The position numbers were made by a program, and so were the translations under genes. From contig OY759746.1 of the NCBI GenBank assembly GCA_963662795.1, positions 3,520,001-3,584,000 of the forward strand: 64,000 nucleotides of DNA, given 5' to 3'. Below, in pieces: positions 31,218 through 40,676 of the stretch. This DNA is from Spirochaetia bacterium. GTDB taxonomy: Bacteria; Spirochaetota; Spirochaetia; CADAEX01. The notes beneath the pieces are model-generated. The model did no database searches. It saw only the letters and a list, made by a program, of their open reading frames with translations, and had not been told where the DNA came from. The number at the start of each line of letters is the position of its first letter. Within the stretch, counting starts at the first letter, position 1.

Positions 31218-32260
31218 AGGCTGTCAATCTCCCTGATAAACTCTTCCTCAGCAAACCCTGAGGTTGTTTTTTTAATTATCTCACCTTTTTTGAAAATTAC
31301 AACTGAATTTCCGGAACCTGTTATCCCAAGGTCTGCTTCTTTTGCTTCCTGCGGTCCGTTTACAGCGCATCCCATAATGGCAATAGTAACAGGTTTTCTG
31401 ATCTGATTTAATTTTAAATTAATTCTCGAAAGAAATCCATGCACATCAAATTCAGCTCTTCCGCATTTGGGACATGAGATTATATTGACAAATTCATTTC
31501 CAAGTCCTGCCTGGAACAATATTGCCTTACCGGCTGTTATTTCATCTTCAGGGCTTGAAGAAAGGGAAACCCTTATTGTCGCACCAATTTTTTTTTGAAG
31601 TAAAGGCAGTATTCCTGCAGTATTCTTGACAATTCCGTTTATCAAAGGGCCGGCCTCTGTTACTCCCAGATGAAGCGGGAATTTATATTTTTCAGCGAAC
31701 AGCTCGTTTGCAATTACAGTTGTTTCAACATCGGAAGATTTAAGTGAAAAAACTGCATCAGAAAATCCATATTTTTCGAAAAGATCTATCTCCTTTTCAG
31801 CAGCAAGGATCATTGCAGCCGCCTTATCGCTTTTTTTACGCAGACTGACAGGGAGCGAACCGCCGTTTATACCTACCCTCAAAGGAGTTTCAGTATCTTT
31901 TGCTTTTTCAATAACCTCTTTCACCTTCCAGTCGGAACCGATATTACCGGGATTTATACGTATTTTTGATATTTTATAATCCATGCAGAGAAGCGCAATT
32001 TTATGATCAAAATGGATATCAGCGACAACAGGAAGAGATGATTTTTTTGATATTTCTCCAAGAATTTCTGCAGATTTTATATCAGGCACTGCAAATCTTA
32101 TTATATCGCAGCCGATTGCTTTAAGCCTTTCTATTTCATCATATAAATCTGTATTCCGGTCAAGAGGTTTTTTCCACATAGTCTGTATAGAAACAGGGGA
32201 TCCGCCGCCGATAGAAAGAGTTCCTGCAGTGACTCTTAGTGTTTCATTATTGGTGAACAT
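31214..32260 (-). CDS. ispG: HMBPP synthase IspG
   Basis: VADIHF, RINPGNIG, HLGVTEAG, SCPKCGR and MGCAVNGPQE. Likely start at 32260. Confidence 0.95.
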   Translation of the reverse strand: MFTNNETLRVTAGTLSIGGGSPVSIQTMWKKPLDRNTDLYDEIERLKAIGCDIIRFAVPDIKSAEILGEISKKSSLPVVADIHFDHKIALLCMDYKISKIRINPGNIGSDWKVKEVIEKAKDTETPLRVGINGGSLPVSLRKKSDKAAAMILAAEKEIDLFEKYGFSDAVFSLKSSDVETTVIANELFAEKYKFPLHLGVTEAGPLINGIVKNTAGILPLLQKKIGATIRVSLSSSPEDEITAGKAILFQAGLGNEFVNIISCPKCGRAEFDVHGFLSRINLKLNQIRKPVTIAIMGCAVNGPQEAKEADLGITGSGNSVVIFKKGEIIKKTTSGFAEEEFIREIDSL

Positions 32261-32276
32261 CTTTATTAATGCCTCG

Positions 32277-32894
32277 TTACCATGCAACTTCCCATACAAC
32301 AGGCAGATTTTCCGCAAGAAGGGCTGGAAGACTGAATTCTGTTTCCGCGCTGTTTCCTCCTGAAGTTCCCATATTTCTGCTTTTGATTTGAGACGGAGCT
32401 GTAATTTTCATTTTAATTGTTCTGTCTGCAAAAAGTGCCTCGGCAAGTTTTATGGTTTCCTCATTAGCCGGGGTATCGCTTTTATTGAAAACTTTTTGTG
32501 TAAAATATGTGCTGCCGGACCTTCTCTGTACATCAATCTTTTTCTCACCGTTGTTTGAAACAACAGCGTTGAGAGCGTCCATGTTTCTGAATTCATATCT
32601 TGCTGTAATAAAGAGCTCTTCTTCTGTTTCCTCTTTTTTAAAGGATTTCAGATCAAGCCCATCAGTTTTCTCAGCTTTTTCCCTGTATTTGTTCTCTTCA
32701 ACAGGAAGAGGCAGAAACGACTCGTTTTCATCCAGTCTTCCAATATTAAGGACACTTTTGGATACGGAATATTTTATTAATATTTCCCCTGAGAGATCCT
32801 GTCTGAAGACAATTTCTGTATCCACATTGATACAGGAGAAAAATAATGCGCTCAATAGCATAAGAAATACCGGTTTCAGGATGTTTTTTTTCAC
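32277..32894 (-). CDS. hypothetical lipoprotein (LppM-like)
   Basis: Lipobox LFFSC followed by INVDTEIVFRQDLSG; GTG start with SD GAGG. Confidence 0.65.
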   Translation of the reverse strand: MKKNILKPVFLMLLSALFFSCINVDTEIVFRQDLSGEILIKYSVSKSVLNIGRLDENESFLPLPVEENKYREKAEKTDGLDLKSFKKEETEEELFITARYEFRNMDALNAVVSNNGEKKIDVQRRSGSTYFTQKVFNKSDTPANEETIKLAEALFADRTIKMKITAPSQIKSRNMGTSGGNSAETEFSLPALLAENLPVVWEVAW

Positions 32895-33004
32895 TTAACC
32901 CCTCTTTAATTGGATATATAGAATATATTCTTGTGTCATTTGTTTCAATATTAACAAACTTCAAAAAATAATACTTGAAAAACAATTACTTTCCTTAAAA
33001 AAAA

Positions 33005-35353
33005 TCACAGCTCAATTATTGTTTTCCCAAAACCGCCGTTGTCAGGATGGGCAAAATAGAATTTTTTGACTGCGGGGCTTTCAGTGAGATAATCAGTTAC
33101 AGCTTTTTTTAGAATTCCCTCACCAAGCCCATGGATTACAGAAAATGTTGTTAATCCGTTAATTAAAGCACTGTCAAGCTGCTTCTCAAGTTTTATAATC
33201 GCATCATCAAATCTTAATCCGCGAAGATCAAGTTCAAATGACGGTTTATCTGTATTATTAAGTTCATGATGCAGAAAAACCGCTTTTTGAGCGCTTCCCC
33301 TGTTCTGATTCTTTTTTATTCTGATGAGTTCTTTTCTGTCAACTTCAATTTTCATGGATCCGACAGCAACAAGATACTTCCTGTTTTTAAGGATTCTGAT
33401 TACCTCTCCTTTTTTCTTTCCCTCTCCGACATAAACTTCGTCTCCCTGATTAATTAACTCATTATTATATTCTTCATCCGGTTCATCAGGCTTTTCAATC
33501 CTGGATTCGAATATTTCTTCCCGCTTTTTTATATCATCAATAAAATCCCTTGCATCTTTCCGGGATTCTTCATCTGCTCCGTGCTCAATCAGATTCCTGA
33601 TAACAGATTCAATTTTCTGTCTGCTTTCCCTTAAAAAACTGTTTACAGCCCGGTTCTCTGTATTTCGCAGCTCATATTCCATCCTGCGGACAGAAAGCTC
33701 CTTAAGTGCAATTTCTCTTTTTGCCTCAACAGCTTTTTTCTCAATACTTTTCAGATGTTCTTCTTTTTGAATAAATTCCTGTTGTTTTAAGCTTATTTCC
33801 TTTAAAAGCTGATTTATGTTTACCTTCTCACTGCCAAGGTACTTTCTTGCAGAAGATATTACATCCCTGTCTATACCGCTTTTCTGTGCAATATCGATAC
33901 CGAAGCTTTCGCCCGGAAGATTATATACAATCCTGTATTCAGGTTTATAGGTTTCCCTTTCATAGGCAACAGATACATTTACAATATCATCCCTTCCCGC
34001 AGCATAGTTTTTAAGTATTCCCTGATGTGTTGTTGCAAGAAAAACAGTTCCTCTTTCAAGAAGAATATCAAATACTGCCATGGATATAGCAGAACCTTCA
34101 TCCGGATCAGTTCCTGTTCCCGGTTCATCAAGCAGCACAAAGGATTTATCTGTACTCAGTTCAAGGATTTCCGCGATATTTTTCATATGCGCCGAAAAAG
34201 TGGAAAGGGAGCCGGCAATTGACTGTTCATCTCCTATATCGGCAAGGACATTATCAACCATGCTGACAGCAGAACCTTCATCAGCAAGCACCCCTGTACA
34301 AAACTGATTCATAAGTATTGAAAGGCCTGCGGTTTTAAGAGCCAGTGTCTTGCCGCCTGTGTTCGGTCCGCTGATTAAAAGGGCTTTTGTTTTATCACTG
34401 ATAATAATATCAACAGGGACAGCTTTCTCCCCGAGGAGGAAATGCCGCGCATTTTTAAGAATAATCCCTTTCCGGATTATTTCCGGCATAATGCATTTGT
34501 TGATATATGCAAATCGGCCTCTTGCGATTATTGTATCCAGAAATGTAATTTTTTTAAAAATATCGTGTATTATTTCATTCTTATCCCTGATTCTCTCTGT
34601 AAGTATTCTAAGTATTTTAAGTATTTCAATTCTGTATCTTTCTTCAAGTTCGATTATTTCGTTGTTATAGTCAAAAAGTTCAACAGGCTCAATAAATAAT
34701 GTCATTCCGCGTGAAGACGCACTGTGGACTATTCCCTTTATTTTCCCTTTAAAATTTTCTTTTACGGGAAGAACAACACGATTATCCCTTATTGTTGAAC
34801 TGTTTTCCTGCAGACAGGGAGCGACAAGAGGATTATTTGTATAGCCTGATACAATCCTGTTTATTGTTTTATTGACATTTCCGATTTTCAATCTTATTTC
34901 TTTTAGTTCCCTGACATTCTCATCCCTGAAAACACCCTCTTTTGTAACATACTTAGAAAGATAACCGGTAAGCTCAGAGATGTCTTCAAAATCAAGCTTC
35001 TCATGTATATAAGTATTTTCAGTCAGGGAAGAGAGGCTTTTTTTCAGCAAAGAAGATGAATTAAGGAAATTAAGGACAGATGCAACATCCGGGCAGTCAA
35101 GAACGCTTCCTTCTACAGAACTTTTTTTTATTATTCCGCCTATATCAGGAAAAGCAACAGCAGGAAGGGATAGATTATCATCAAATATTTTTTTGACGGC
35201 AAATACTGCGCTGCTCCTTTCTCTCCATACTTTTTCATTGTTTGTTGTTGTCTGTCCGGTAAGCGCGGCAGCGCCTGCCTCTGACAGACAATACTGGGAA
35301 ATATTATCTATTATTTTTTCGAATTCCAGCAGTTTAAGAGTATGCCGGACCAT
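33005..35353 (-). CDS. mutS2: MutS2 (with Smr domain)
   Basis: LKLLEF, SGPNTGGKT, SLSTFSAHM, DEPGTGTDPDEG, a coiled coil, and Smr LDLRG...IHGLGEGIL. Confidence 0.95.
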   Translation of the reverse strand: MVRHTLKLLEFEKIIDNISQYCLSEAGAAALTGQTTTNNEKVWRERSSAVFAVKKIFDDNLSLPAVAFPDIGGIIKKSSVEGSVLDCPDVASVLNFLNSSSLLKKSLSSLTENTYIHEKLDFEDISELTGYLSKYVTKEGVFRDENVRELKEIRLKIGNVNKTINRIVSGYTNNPLVAPCLQENSSTIRDNRVVLPVKENFKGKIKGIVHSASSRGMTLFIEPVELFDYNNEIIELEERYRIEILKILRILTERIRDKNEIIHDIFKKITFLDTIIARGRFAYINKCIMPEIIRKGIILKNARHFLLGEKAVPVDIIISDKTKALLISGPNTGGKTLALKTAGLSILMNQFCTGVLADEGSAVSMVDNVLADIGDEQSIAGSLSTFSAHMKNIAEILELSTDKSFVLLDEPGTGTDPDEGSAISMAVFDILLERGTVFLATTHQGILKNYAAGRDDIVNVSVAYERETYKPEYRIVYNLPGESFGIDIAQKSGIDRDVISSARKYLGSEKVNINQLLKEISLKQQEFIQKEEHLKSIEKKAVEAKREIALKELSVRRMEYELRNTENRAVNSFLRESRQKIESVIRNLIEHGADEESRKDARDFIDDIKKREEIFESRIEKPDEPDEEYNNELINQGDEVYVGEGKKKGEVIRILKNRKYLVAVGSMKIEVDRKELIRIKKNQNRGSAQKAVFLHHELNNTDKPSFELDLRGLRFDDAIIKLEKQLDSALINGLTTFSVIHGLGEGILKKAVTDYLTESPAVKKFYFAHPDNGGFGKTIIEL

Positions 35354-36278
35354 AAATCTCTTCCGATATTTCAGTCAGTTCACTGTAAAGTTTAAGATAT
35401 GTTTCATAACGGTCCGGATGAATGCTGCCATTTACCACAGCTTTTTTTACTGCACATTCAGTCTCTGCTATGTGGGAACATCCTGAAAAACCGCATCTGT
35501 CAATATATGGCAGAAAATCAACAAACATTTGCGCCAGTTTTACCGTTTCGACCTTTTTTATAAAAATATCCCTTATACCGGGTGTGTCAATAATTGAACC
35601 TGTCCCAAGGGGAATCAGTATTGAATAATTTGTTGTATGTTTTCCCCTGTTGTATTTATATGATATTTCAGATGTTTTCTGGGTCTTGCTCCCTGTAAGT
35701 ATATTGATAATACTTGATTTGCCTACTCCGGAGTGGCCTGCGAACGCGCATTGTTTTCCATCAATCGTTGTTTTAAGCTGTTCCATTCCATCGAGTGTTC
35801 TGGCAGAACATTTTAAAACCCGTATCCCGATCCTTTCATAATCATCAAGCCGCTCCTGAGTCTGCCTGTTCACAGGAAGGTCTGATTTATTCATCAATAC
35901 AACAGTCTGATAGCTTTTATCTTCTGTCAGCATAAGCCTGTCAAGAAATCTTGGACGGAAGGGAGGATCATCCGGTGTTGTCAGGCAAAAAAGAACATCA
36001 ATATTTGACGCAATCAGCTGAATAGCCATTTTTTTTCTGTTCCATCTTGTAAATGCATTTTTTCTTTCATGAAGAAATATTATTACACCATGATATTCAG
36101 AGTGGGAATCAGTTTCAAAATCGACAATATCACCGGCTGTTAACGGATTATACAGTCCTTCGGACTGCTTGAATACTTTCCCCTTTATCCTGCATTCATA
36201 TAACCTGTTATCAGACTCAACTGTATAAATATTGTTTATACCAAATAGAATTTTTCCAGTGAGTTTTAAATTATTCAT
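35334..36278 (-). CDS. rsgA: ribosome small subunit-dependent GTPase RsgA
   Basis: NKSDL, GHSGVGKSS, RGKHTT, DTPGIR and C.FSGCSH..E..C. Confidence 0.95.
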   Translation of the reverse strand: MNNLKLTGKILFGINNIYTVESDNRLYECRIKGKVFKQSEGLYNPLTAGDIVDFETDSHSEYHGVIIFLHERKNAFTRWNRKKMAIQLIASNIDVLFCLTTPDDPPFRPRFLDRLMLTEDKSYQTVVLMNKSDLPVNRQTQERLDDYERIGIRVLKCSARTLDGMEQLKTTIDGKQCAFAGHSGVGKSSIINILTGSKTQKTSEISYKYNRGKHTTNYSILIPLGTGSIIDTPGIRDIFIKKVETVKLAQMFVDFLPYIDRCGFSGCSHIAETECAVKKAVVNGSIHPDRYETYLKLYSELTEISEEIYGPAYS

Positions 36279-36281
36279 TTT

Positions 36282-37073
36282 CTATATAATACCGGAATAC
36301 CTGAGTGAGAATTTTTCTGCGATTCTTTTATAATAAATTGCACCTTTCAACTCTGAAGTTAAATAAAAATCATTAACCGATAAATTGCTTCTCTTATTTT
36401 CTGTTAACCCTTCAGCAATCCTCAATACCTGTCTTGAAACGCCGCTGCGGGAATCAATAGTCCTGATCGCGTCAGGGAACAGGGTTTCAAGATATTTATC
36501 AATAAACAGAAAGTGTGTACACCCCAGGACTACATGGTCTACCCTTTTTTCAATGAAAAAATCTGCAGCTGGTTTGAGAATAGCCAGTATTTCATCATTT
36601 TTCGCATCAAGCAACCTGTTTTCAACAAAAGAGACAATATCAGGGTCTGCATATTTGAATACTTCACAGCCGTCCGCATATTGTGAGATCAGATTATCTG
36701 TATAATTATCTGAAACTGTTTTATTTGTCGCTAAAAGCCCGATTCTTTTATTCCAGGAAACTGATGCAGCAGGCTTCACAGCTGGTACTACCCCGACAAA
36801 CGGAATGTTATATTTTTCCCTCAAATAAGGAAGCGTTACTACTGTTGCTGTGTTGCATGCAATAACAATAATATCAGGGGCAGTTTTTTCGATTAAACGT
36901 GAGACAGCAGACAAAACAATTTTCCGTATCTCTTCTCCTGATTTTATTCCGTAGGGGAAATTTTCTGTATCTGCAAGATATACATAATTAAGATCAGGTG
37001 CAATATTTCTTAAATTATCAAGATATGGAATACCTCCAATACCTGAATCAAAAAAAGCAATTGTTTTACTCAT
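36282..37073 (-). CDS. murI: glutamate racemase
   Basis: FDSGIGG, FPYG.K, IACNTA and LGCTHF. Likely ATG at 37073. Confidence 0.95.
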   Translation of the reverse strand: MSKTIAFFDSGIGGIPYLDNLRNIAPDLNYVYLADTENFPYGIKSGEEIRKIVLSAVSRLIEKTAPDIIVIACNTATVVTLPYLREKYNIPFVGVVPAVKPAASVSWNKRIGLLATNKTVSDNYTDNLISQYADGCEVFKYADPDIVSFVENRLLDAKNDEILAILKPAADFFIEKRVDHVVLGCTHFLFIDKYLETLFPDAIRTIDSRSGVSRQVLRIAEGLTENKRSNLSVNDFYLTSELKGAIYYKRIAEKFSLRYSGII

Positions 37074-37356
37074 CACCAAAAAGTTTTAGAAATTTATTTC
37101 TGGCCTCTTCCAGGTCCTTTTTTAGTTTTTCCTGATATTTTTTATCTATACGGTCTGTATATACAAAATATTCACAGAAATTGGCGCGATCCTTGTCAAT
37201 AACCTGTTCAGGTATATTTTCACGGCAGTCCCAGTGTGCACCTTGTTCATAAAAACTGCAGTTGAGACATACTTTTAAGTCTTTCCTGCAGTTTTCGCAA
37301 ATTGATTCTCTTGTTATTTTTATATTACCTGCCGGTTCACCGCAATAATAGCACAT
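37066..37356 (-). CDS. small Cys-rich (Zn-binding) hypothetical protein
   Basis: CYYC, CENC, CLNC plus two further Cys. Likely ATG at 37356, 6 nt after a -10 box. Confidence 0.75.
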   Translation of the reverse strand: MCYYCGEPAGNIKITRESICENCRKDLKVCLNCSFYEQGAHWDCRENIPEQVIDKDRANFCEYFVYTDRIDKKYQEKLKKDLEEARNKFLKLFGDE

Positions 37357-37362
37357 GTAACA

Positions 37363-37391
37363 ATAATATAACGGATTTTCCAATACATCAA
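37363..37391 (-). promoter_or_regulatory. sigma70 promoter, probably leaderless transcript
   Basis: TTGATG-17nt-TATTAT-6nt-ATG(37356). Confidence 0.55.
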
Positions 37392-37399
37392 TTGCTGTG

Positions 37400-37427
37400 T
37401 TGAAAAATGATAATTTTTATATATAAT
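37400..37427 (+). promoter_or_regulatory. sigma70 promoter, probably leaderless transcript
   Basis: TTGAAA-16nt-TATAAT-6nt-ATG(37434). Confidence 0.55.
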
Positions 37428-37433
37428 TATTGT

Positions 37434-38039
37434 ATGTTCAATAATGAAAAATGTATTTATCCCGGATGTCTTGAAAGCAGGTTAACAGGACAGGAATTCT
37501 GCTTTACCCATCTTCCGGACAGGAATATTCTCAATAATAAAATAAAACAGCTGCTTAAAGAGGAAAATAAAATACTTGACCTGATTATTTCAGGGATATC
37601 ACTTGAGAACATTGAAATTACTGATAAAAGATTTTTTTCATGTAAATTTTCCGGTTCAACGTTTAAAAATGTTAAATTTATAAATTGTTATTTCAGGCAG
37701 TGTTTTTTCGATTATTCTTTCTTTGAAAACTGTATTATTGAAGGTACAAATATAAAATTCACATGTTTTGCAGGATCGAAAATGAAAAACTGCAAATTCA
37801 TTGCTTCAGATATTCTTCATACCAATTTTAACGGATTTGAATGCAGTGATGTTTCATTTAGTGAAACTGATCTTTATTTTTCTTCATTTATTAGCACAAA
37901 TATGCAAAACACAGTTTTTGATGACTGCAATCTTAAAAAAGACAGTTTTTTTTATTCCGAAAGAAGAAATGTTTCATTCAGGAACTCTAATCCTGAAGAA
38001 GCATTTTTCAACAAATGGGACAGGTTTGAAACACAATGA
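37434..38039 (+). CDS. pentapeptide-repeat protein with N-terminal C3H Zn-finger-like motif
   Basis: CIYPGC...FCFTH followed by F.N..F/C.F pentapeptide repeats. Confidence 0.85.
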   Translation: MFNNEKCIYPGCLESRLTGQEFCFTHLPDRNILNNKIKQLLKEENKILDLIISGISLENIEITDKRFFSCKFSGSTFKNVKFINCYFRQCFFDYSFFENCIIEGTNIKFTCFAGSKMKNCKFIASDILHTNFNGFECSDVSFSETDLYFSSFISTNMQNTVFDDCNLKKDSFFYSERRNVSFRNSNPEEAFFNKWDRFETQ

Positions 38040-38614
38040 AGCTATTTACACTTTATAATACTACAGGGTCTGTAAATACATACCTTATCGGTCATGAAAA
38101 CGGCGGTGACGCAATTATAATAGATCCGGGACAGATAGATCTTCACATTCTGGATATACTTGAAACAAATAACTATTATATCAAATCAATTCTGCTGACA
38201 CATGATCACGAAAATCATATACGCGGAGTAAAAACCCTGATGAAGATATATGATGCCACAATATATGCCAAAAGTCCGTTGATATATGATTTCACTGCTC
38301 ACACTGTAAATGACAACGATATTTTAAATCTGTCCGGATTTGACATAAACGTTATATGGGTACCAGGTCATTCAGATGATTCACTCGTATTCAGGATACG
38401 GAATACGCTGTTTACAGGAGATGTTATCTCGGCAGGAAGGATAGGTCTTACACATGGATCTATTCAGAAGAATCTTCTGCAGAGGAGTATCATTGACAAG
38501 CTATTTTCCCTTGATAACGAATTGATAATTTTCCCCGGTCACGGCTCTCCAAGTACCCTGAAAACAGAAAAAGAGTTTAATCCTTTTATAAATCATTCAG
38601 ATTATCTGACTTAG
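38036..38614 (+). CDS. MBL-fold metallo-hydrolase (glyoxalase II-like)
   Basis: IIDPG, THDHENH, PGHS, FTGD and PGHG. Confidence 0.9.
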   Translation: MKLFTLYNTTGSVNTYLIGHENGGDAIIIDPGQIDLHILDILETNNYYIKSILLTHDHENHIRGVKTLMKIYDATIYAKSPLIYDFTAHTVNDNDILNLSGFDINVIWVPGHSDDSLVFRIRNTLFTGDVISAGRIGLTHGSIQKNLLQRSIIDKLFSLDNELIIFPGHGSPSTLKTEKEFNPFINHSDYLT

Positions 38615-38647
38615 AAAAATTTATGCTAATACTCTTATTTCTTCACA

Positions 38648-39559
38648 TCAGCTGACATCTCTGATAAATTTTTTAAATCGCTCCGGCAAAGGCGCATGGA
38701 ATTTTTTCAGTCCGTATTCAGGCAATGTTATTTCAAGTATATATGCATGAAGCATCATGGTAAAATCACTATATTTAATAATTTTTCTGCTGTAAACCGG
38801 ATCTCCGATTATGGGACATCCGCTATGCTGCATATGAACCCTGAGCTGATGAGTCCTGCCTGTTTGCAGTTCCAGCGCTACCAGGGAAGCATCAGAAAAT
38901 TCTTTCAGAACATGGAAGTGCGTTAAAGCGTATTTGCCCTTGCACTGGGAAGTTATAAATTTTTTCCTGTTATTCCTGTCCCTGGTCAGGTGTGTTTCAA
39001 TAATTCCTTTTTTGACAGGCAATTGCCCTTTTACAATTGCCAGATATTTTTTTCTTACTTTTTTTTCCCTGAACTGCTGTGAAAGAAAATCATGAGTTTT
39101 TATATTTTTTGCAGTAATAATTATTCCTGAAGTATCCTTGTCAAGCCGATGAACAATCCCTGGTCTCTGATCATCCTCATCGAAATCAGAGGAAGAATCA
39201 TCGAAATGATACAACAGGGCATTCGCAAGTGTGCCTCCGGGGTTGCCTGCGGCAGGGTGAACAACCATACCCTGTTTTTTATTTATGATAACGACATTTT
39301 GATCTTCATAGATAATGTCAAGTTCAATTTTCTCCGGCAGTAAATTGCTTTCCGGAATTGAATCATACTCTATTCTGATTAAATCGCCGTTTTTCACCAT
39401 TCTTGAATGTTTTACAGGTACTTCATTTATATAAAGATCCGCATTTCTGCTCTTGAGCTGGCTTCTTGAAATTATTTTACAATAATCTGAAATATATTTA
39501 TCAATCCTGATATCAGTCAGCTCAAAATCGCGGACTTCAATAGTTTCGTTTATTCTCAT
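38648..39559 (-). CDS. rluD: RluA-family pseudouridine synthase (RluD-like)
   Basis: S4 domain, GMVVHP, PGIVHRLDKDTSG and TGRTHQLRVH. Confidence 0.9.
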   Translation of the reverse strand: MRINETIEVRDFELTDIRIDKYISDYCKIISRSQLKSRNADLYINEVPVKHSRMVKNGDLIRIEYDSIPESNLLPEKIELDIIYEDQNVVIINKKQGMVVHPAAGNPGGTLANALLYHFDDSSSDFDEDDQRPGIVHRLDKDTSGIIITAKNIKTHDFLSQQFREKKVRKKYLAIVKGQLPVKKGIIETHLTRDRNNRKKFITSQCKGKYALTHFHVLKEFSDASLVALELQTGRTHQLRVHMQHSGCPIIGDPVYSRKIIKYSDFTMMLHAYILEITLPEYGLKKFHAPLPERFKKFIRDVS

Positions 39560-39941
39560 TTTTTTTCCGTTCCTTGATTTTGCCGATAAAATAATCCAAA
39601 GCAGTTATGGAAAGTGAAACATAAAGTGATGTGATTAAAATTCTTGAAGTCTCTTCGTTGCCGGAAGAACTGTTTTCTGTTCCTCCGAACATGGAAGGTG
39701 CATTATTCCGATCAAAACCACTTGAGGCATAATCATATATACCGGTTCCAAGTTTTGTAAAAAGGACTGAAAAAGGATAACTTCCGACAAAGATAACTTC
39801 CGCCCTCCTGATATCCCTCAGAAAAGAAGGAAACTCATCCTTGTTGTATTCTCCAGGGACAAGTTCACTGTATGACTCGTCAGAAGAAACCGGAATCAGG
39901 GGAATTAATAGTATCAGTATAAGAAAAAAAATCTTTTTCAT
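39537..39941 (-). CDS. hypothetical membrane protein
   Basis: Signal peptide, LRDIRRAEVIFVGSYPF and a C-terminal hydrophobic helix. Overlaps rluD. Confidence 0.65.
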   Translation of the reverse strand: MKKIFFLILILLIPLIPVSSDESYSELVPGEYNKDEFPSFLRDIRRAEVIFVGSYPFSVLFTKLGTGIYDYASSGFDRNNAPSMFGGTENSSSGNEETSRILITSLYVSLSITALDYFIGKIKERKKNENKRNY

Positions 39942-39950
39942 GTAACGGGT

Positions 39951-40673
39951 TCAATAACGGCTGCCAAAGAGTTTTGTCCCGATTCTTATGACATTTGATC
40001 CTTCCTCTATGGCAATTTTGAAATCTGATGACATACCCATTGAAAGCGTTTCAAGGGCAAGGTCCGGATGGGATGCGGATATTTTATCAAACAGCTTTTT
40101 AAGCTGCCGGAATGCCTTCCTGATACTCCCTTCATCATCAGTAAAAGGGGCAATAGTCATAAGCCCTTTAATCCTTAATGAGCTTAATTGTCTTATTTTA
40201 TCAACAGATGAAAGCAATTCATCTTCCTTTAAAAATCCGCTTTTTGAATCTTCACTTGAAGTATTGAATTCAAGCAGAATATCTATTGTCCTGTTGTAAG
40301 TTTTACAGAATTTATCGAGTTCAAACGCAGTTTCATATTTATCGATAGAATCAACTGAATCTGCGGTCTGTGCTGCTTTCTTAGCCTTATTCCTCTGAAG
40401 ATGTCCGATTAAATGAATTTCAGCATCATCATGAAAAGCAGTAAATTTTTCTGCCATTTCTGCCACACGATTTTCACCAAACAGTCTTAATCCCGCCTTG
40501 TAGGCTGCTTCTGCGTATTCAGGCGGTTTTGTTTTGGTTACTGCCATCAGCCTTATTTCATCAGCACTTCTTCCTGCTGTTTGAGCTGCCTTGCTTATCT
40601 CTTCGAGTGTCTCCTCAATATTTTGTTTAACAGATTCAAATAATTGATTTTCTTTGTTCAAAATTGACCCCAT
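39951..40673 (-). CDS. yggS: PLP homeostasis protein YggS
   Basis: MAVTK, FGENRV, HLIGHLQRNK, LSMGMSSDF and RIGT.LFG.R. Confidence 0.95.
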   Translation of the reverse strand: MGSILNKENQLFESVKQNIEETLEEISKAAQTAGRSADEIRLMAVTKTKPPEYAEAAYKAGLRLFGENRVAEMAEKFTAFHDDAEIHLIGHLQRNKAKKAAQTADSVDSIDKYETAFELDKFCKTYNRTIDILLEFNTSSEDSKSGFLKEDELLSSVDKIRQLSSLRIKGLMTIAPFTDDEGSIRKAFRQLKKLFDKISASHPDLALETLSMGMSSDFKIAIEEGSNVIRIGTKLFGSRY

Positions 40674-40676
40674 ATA

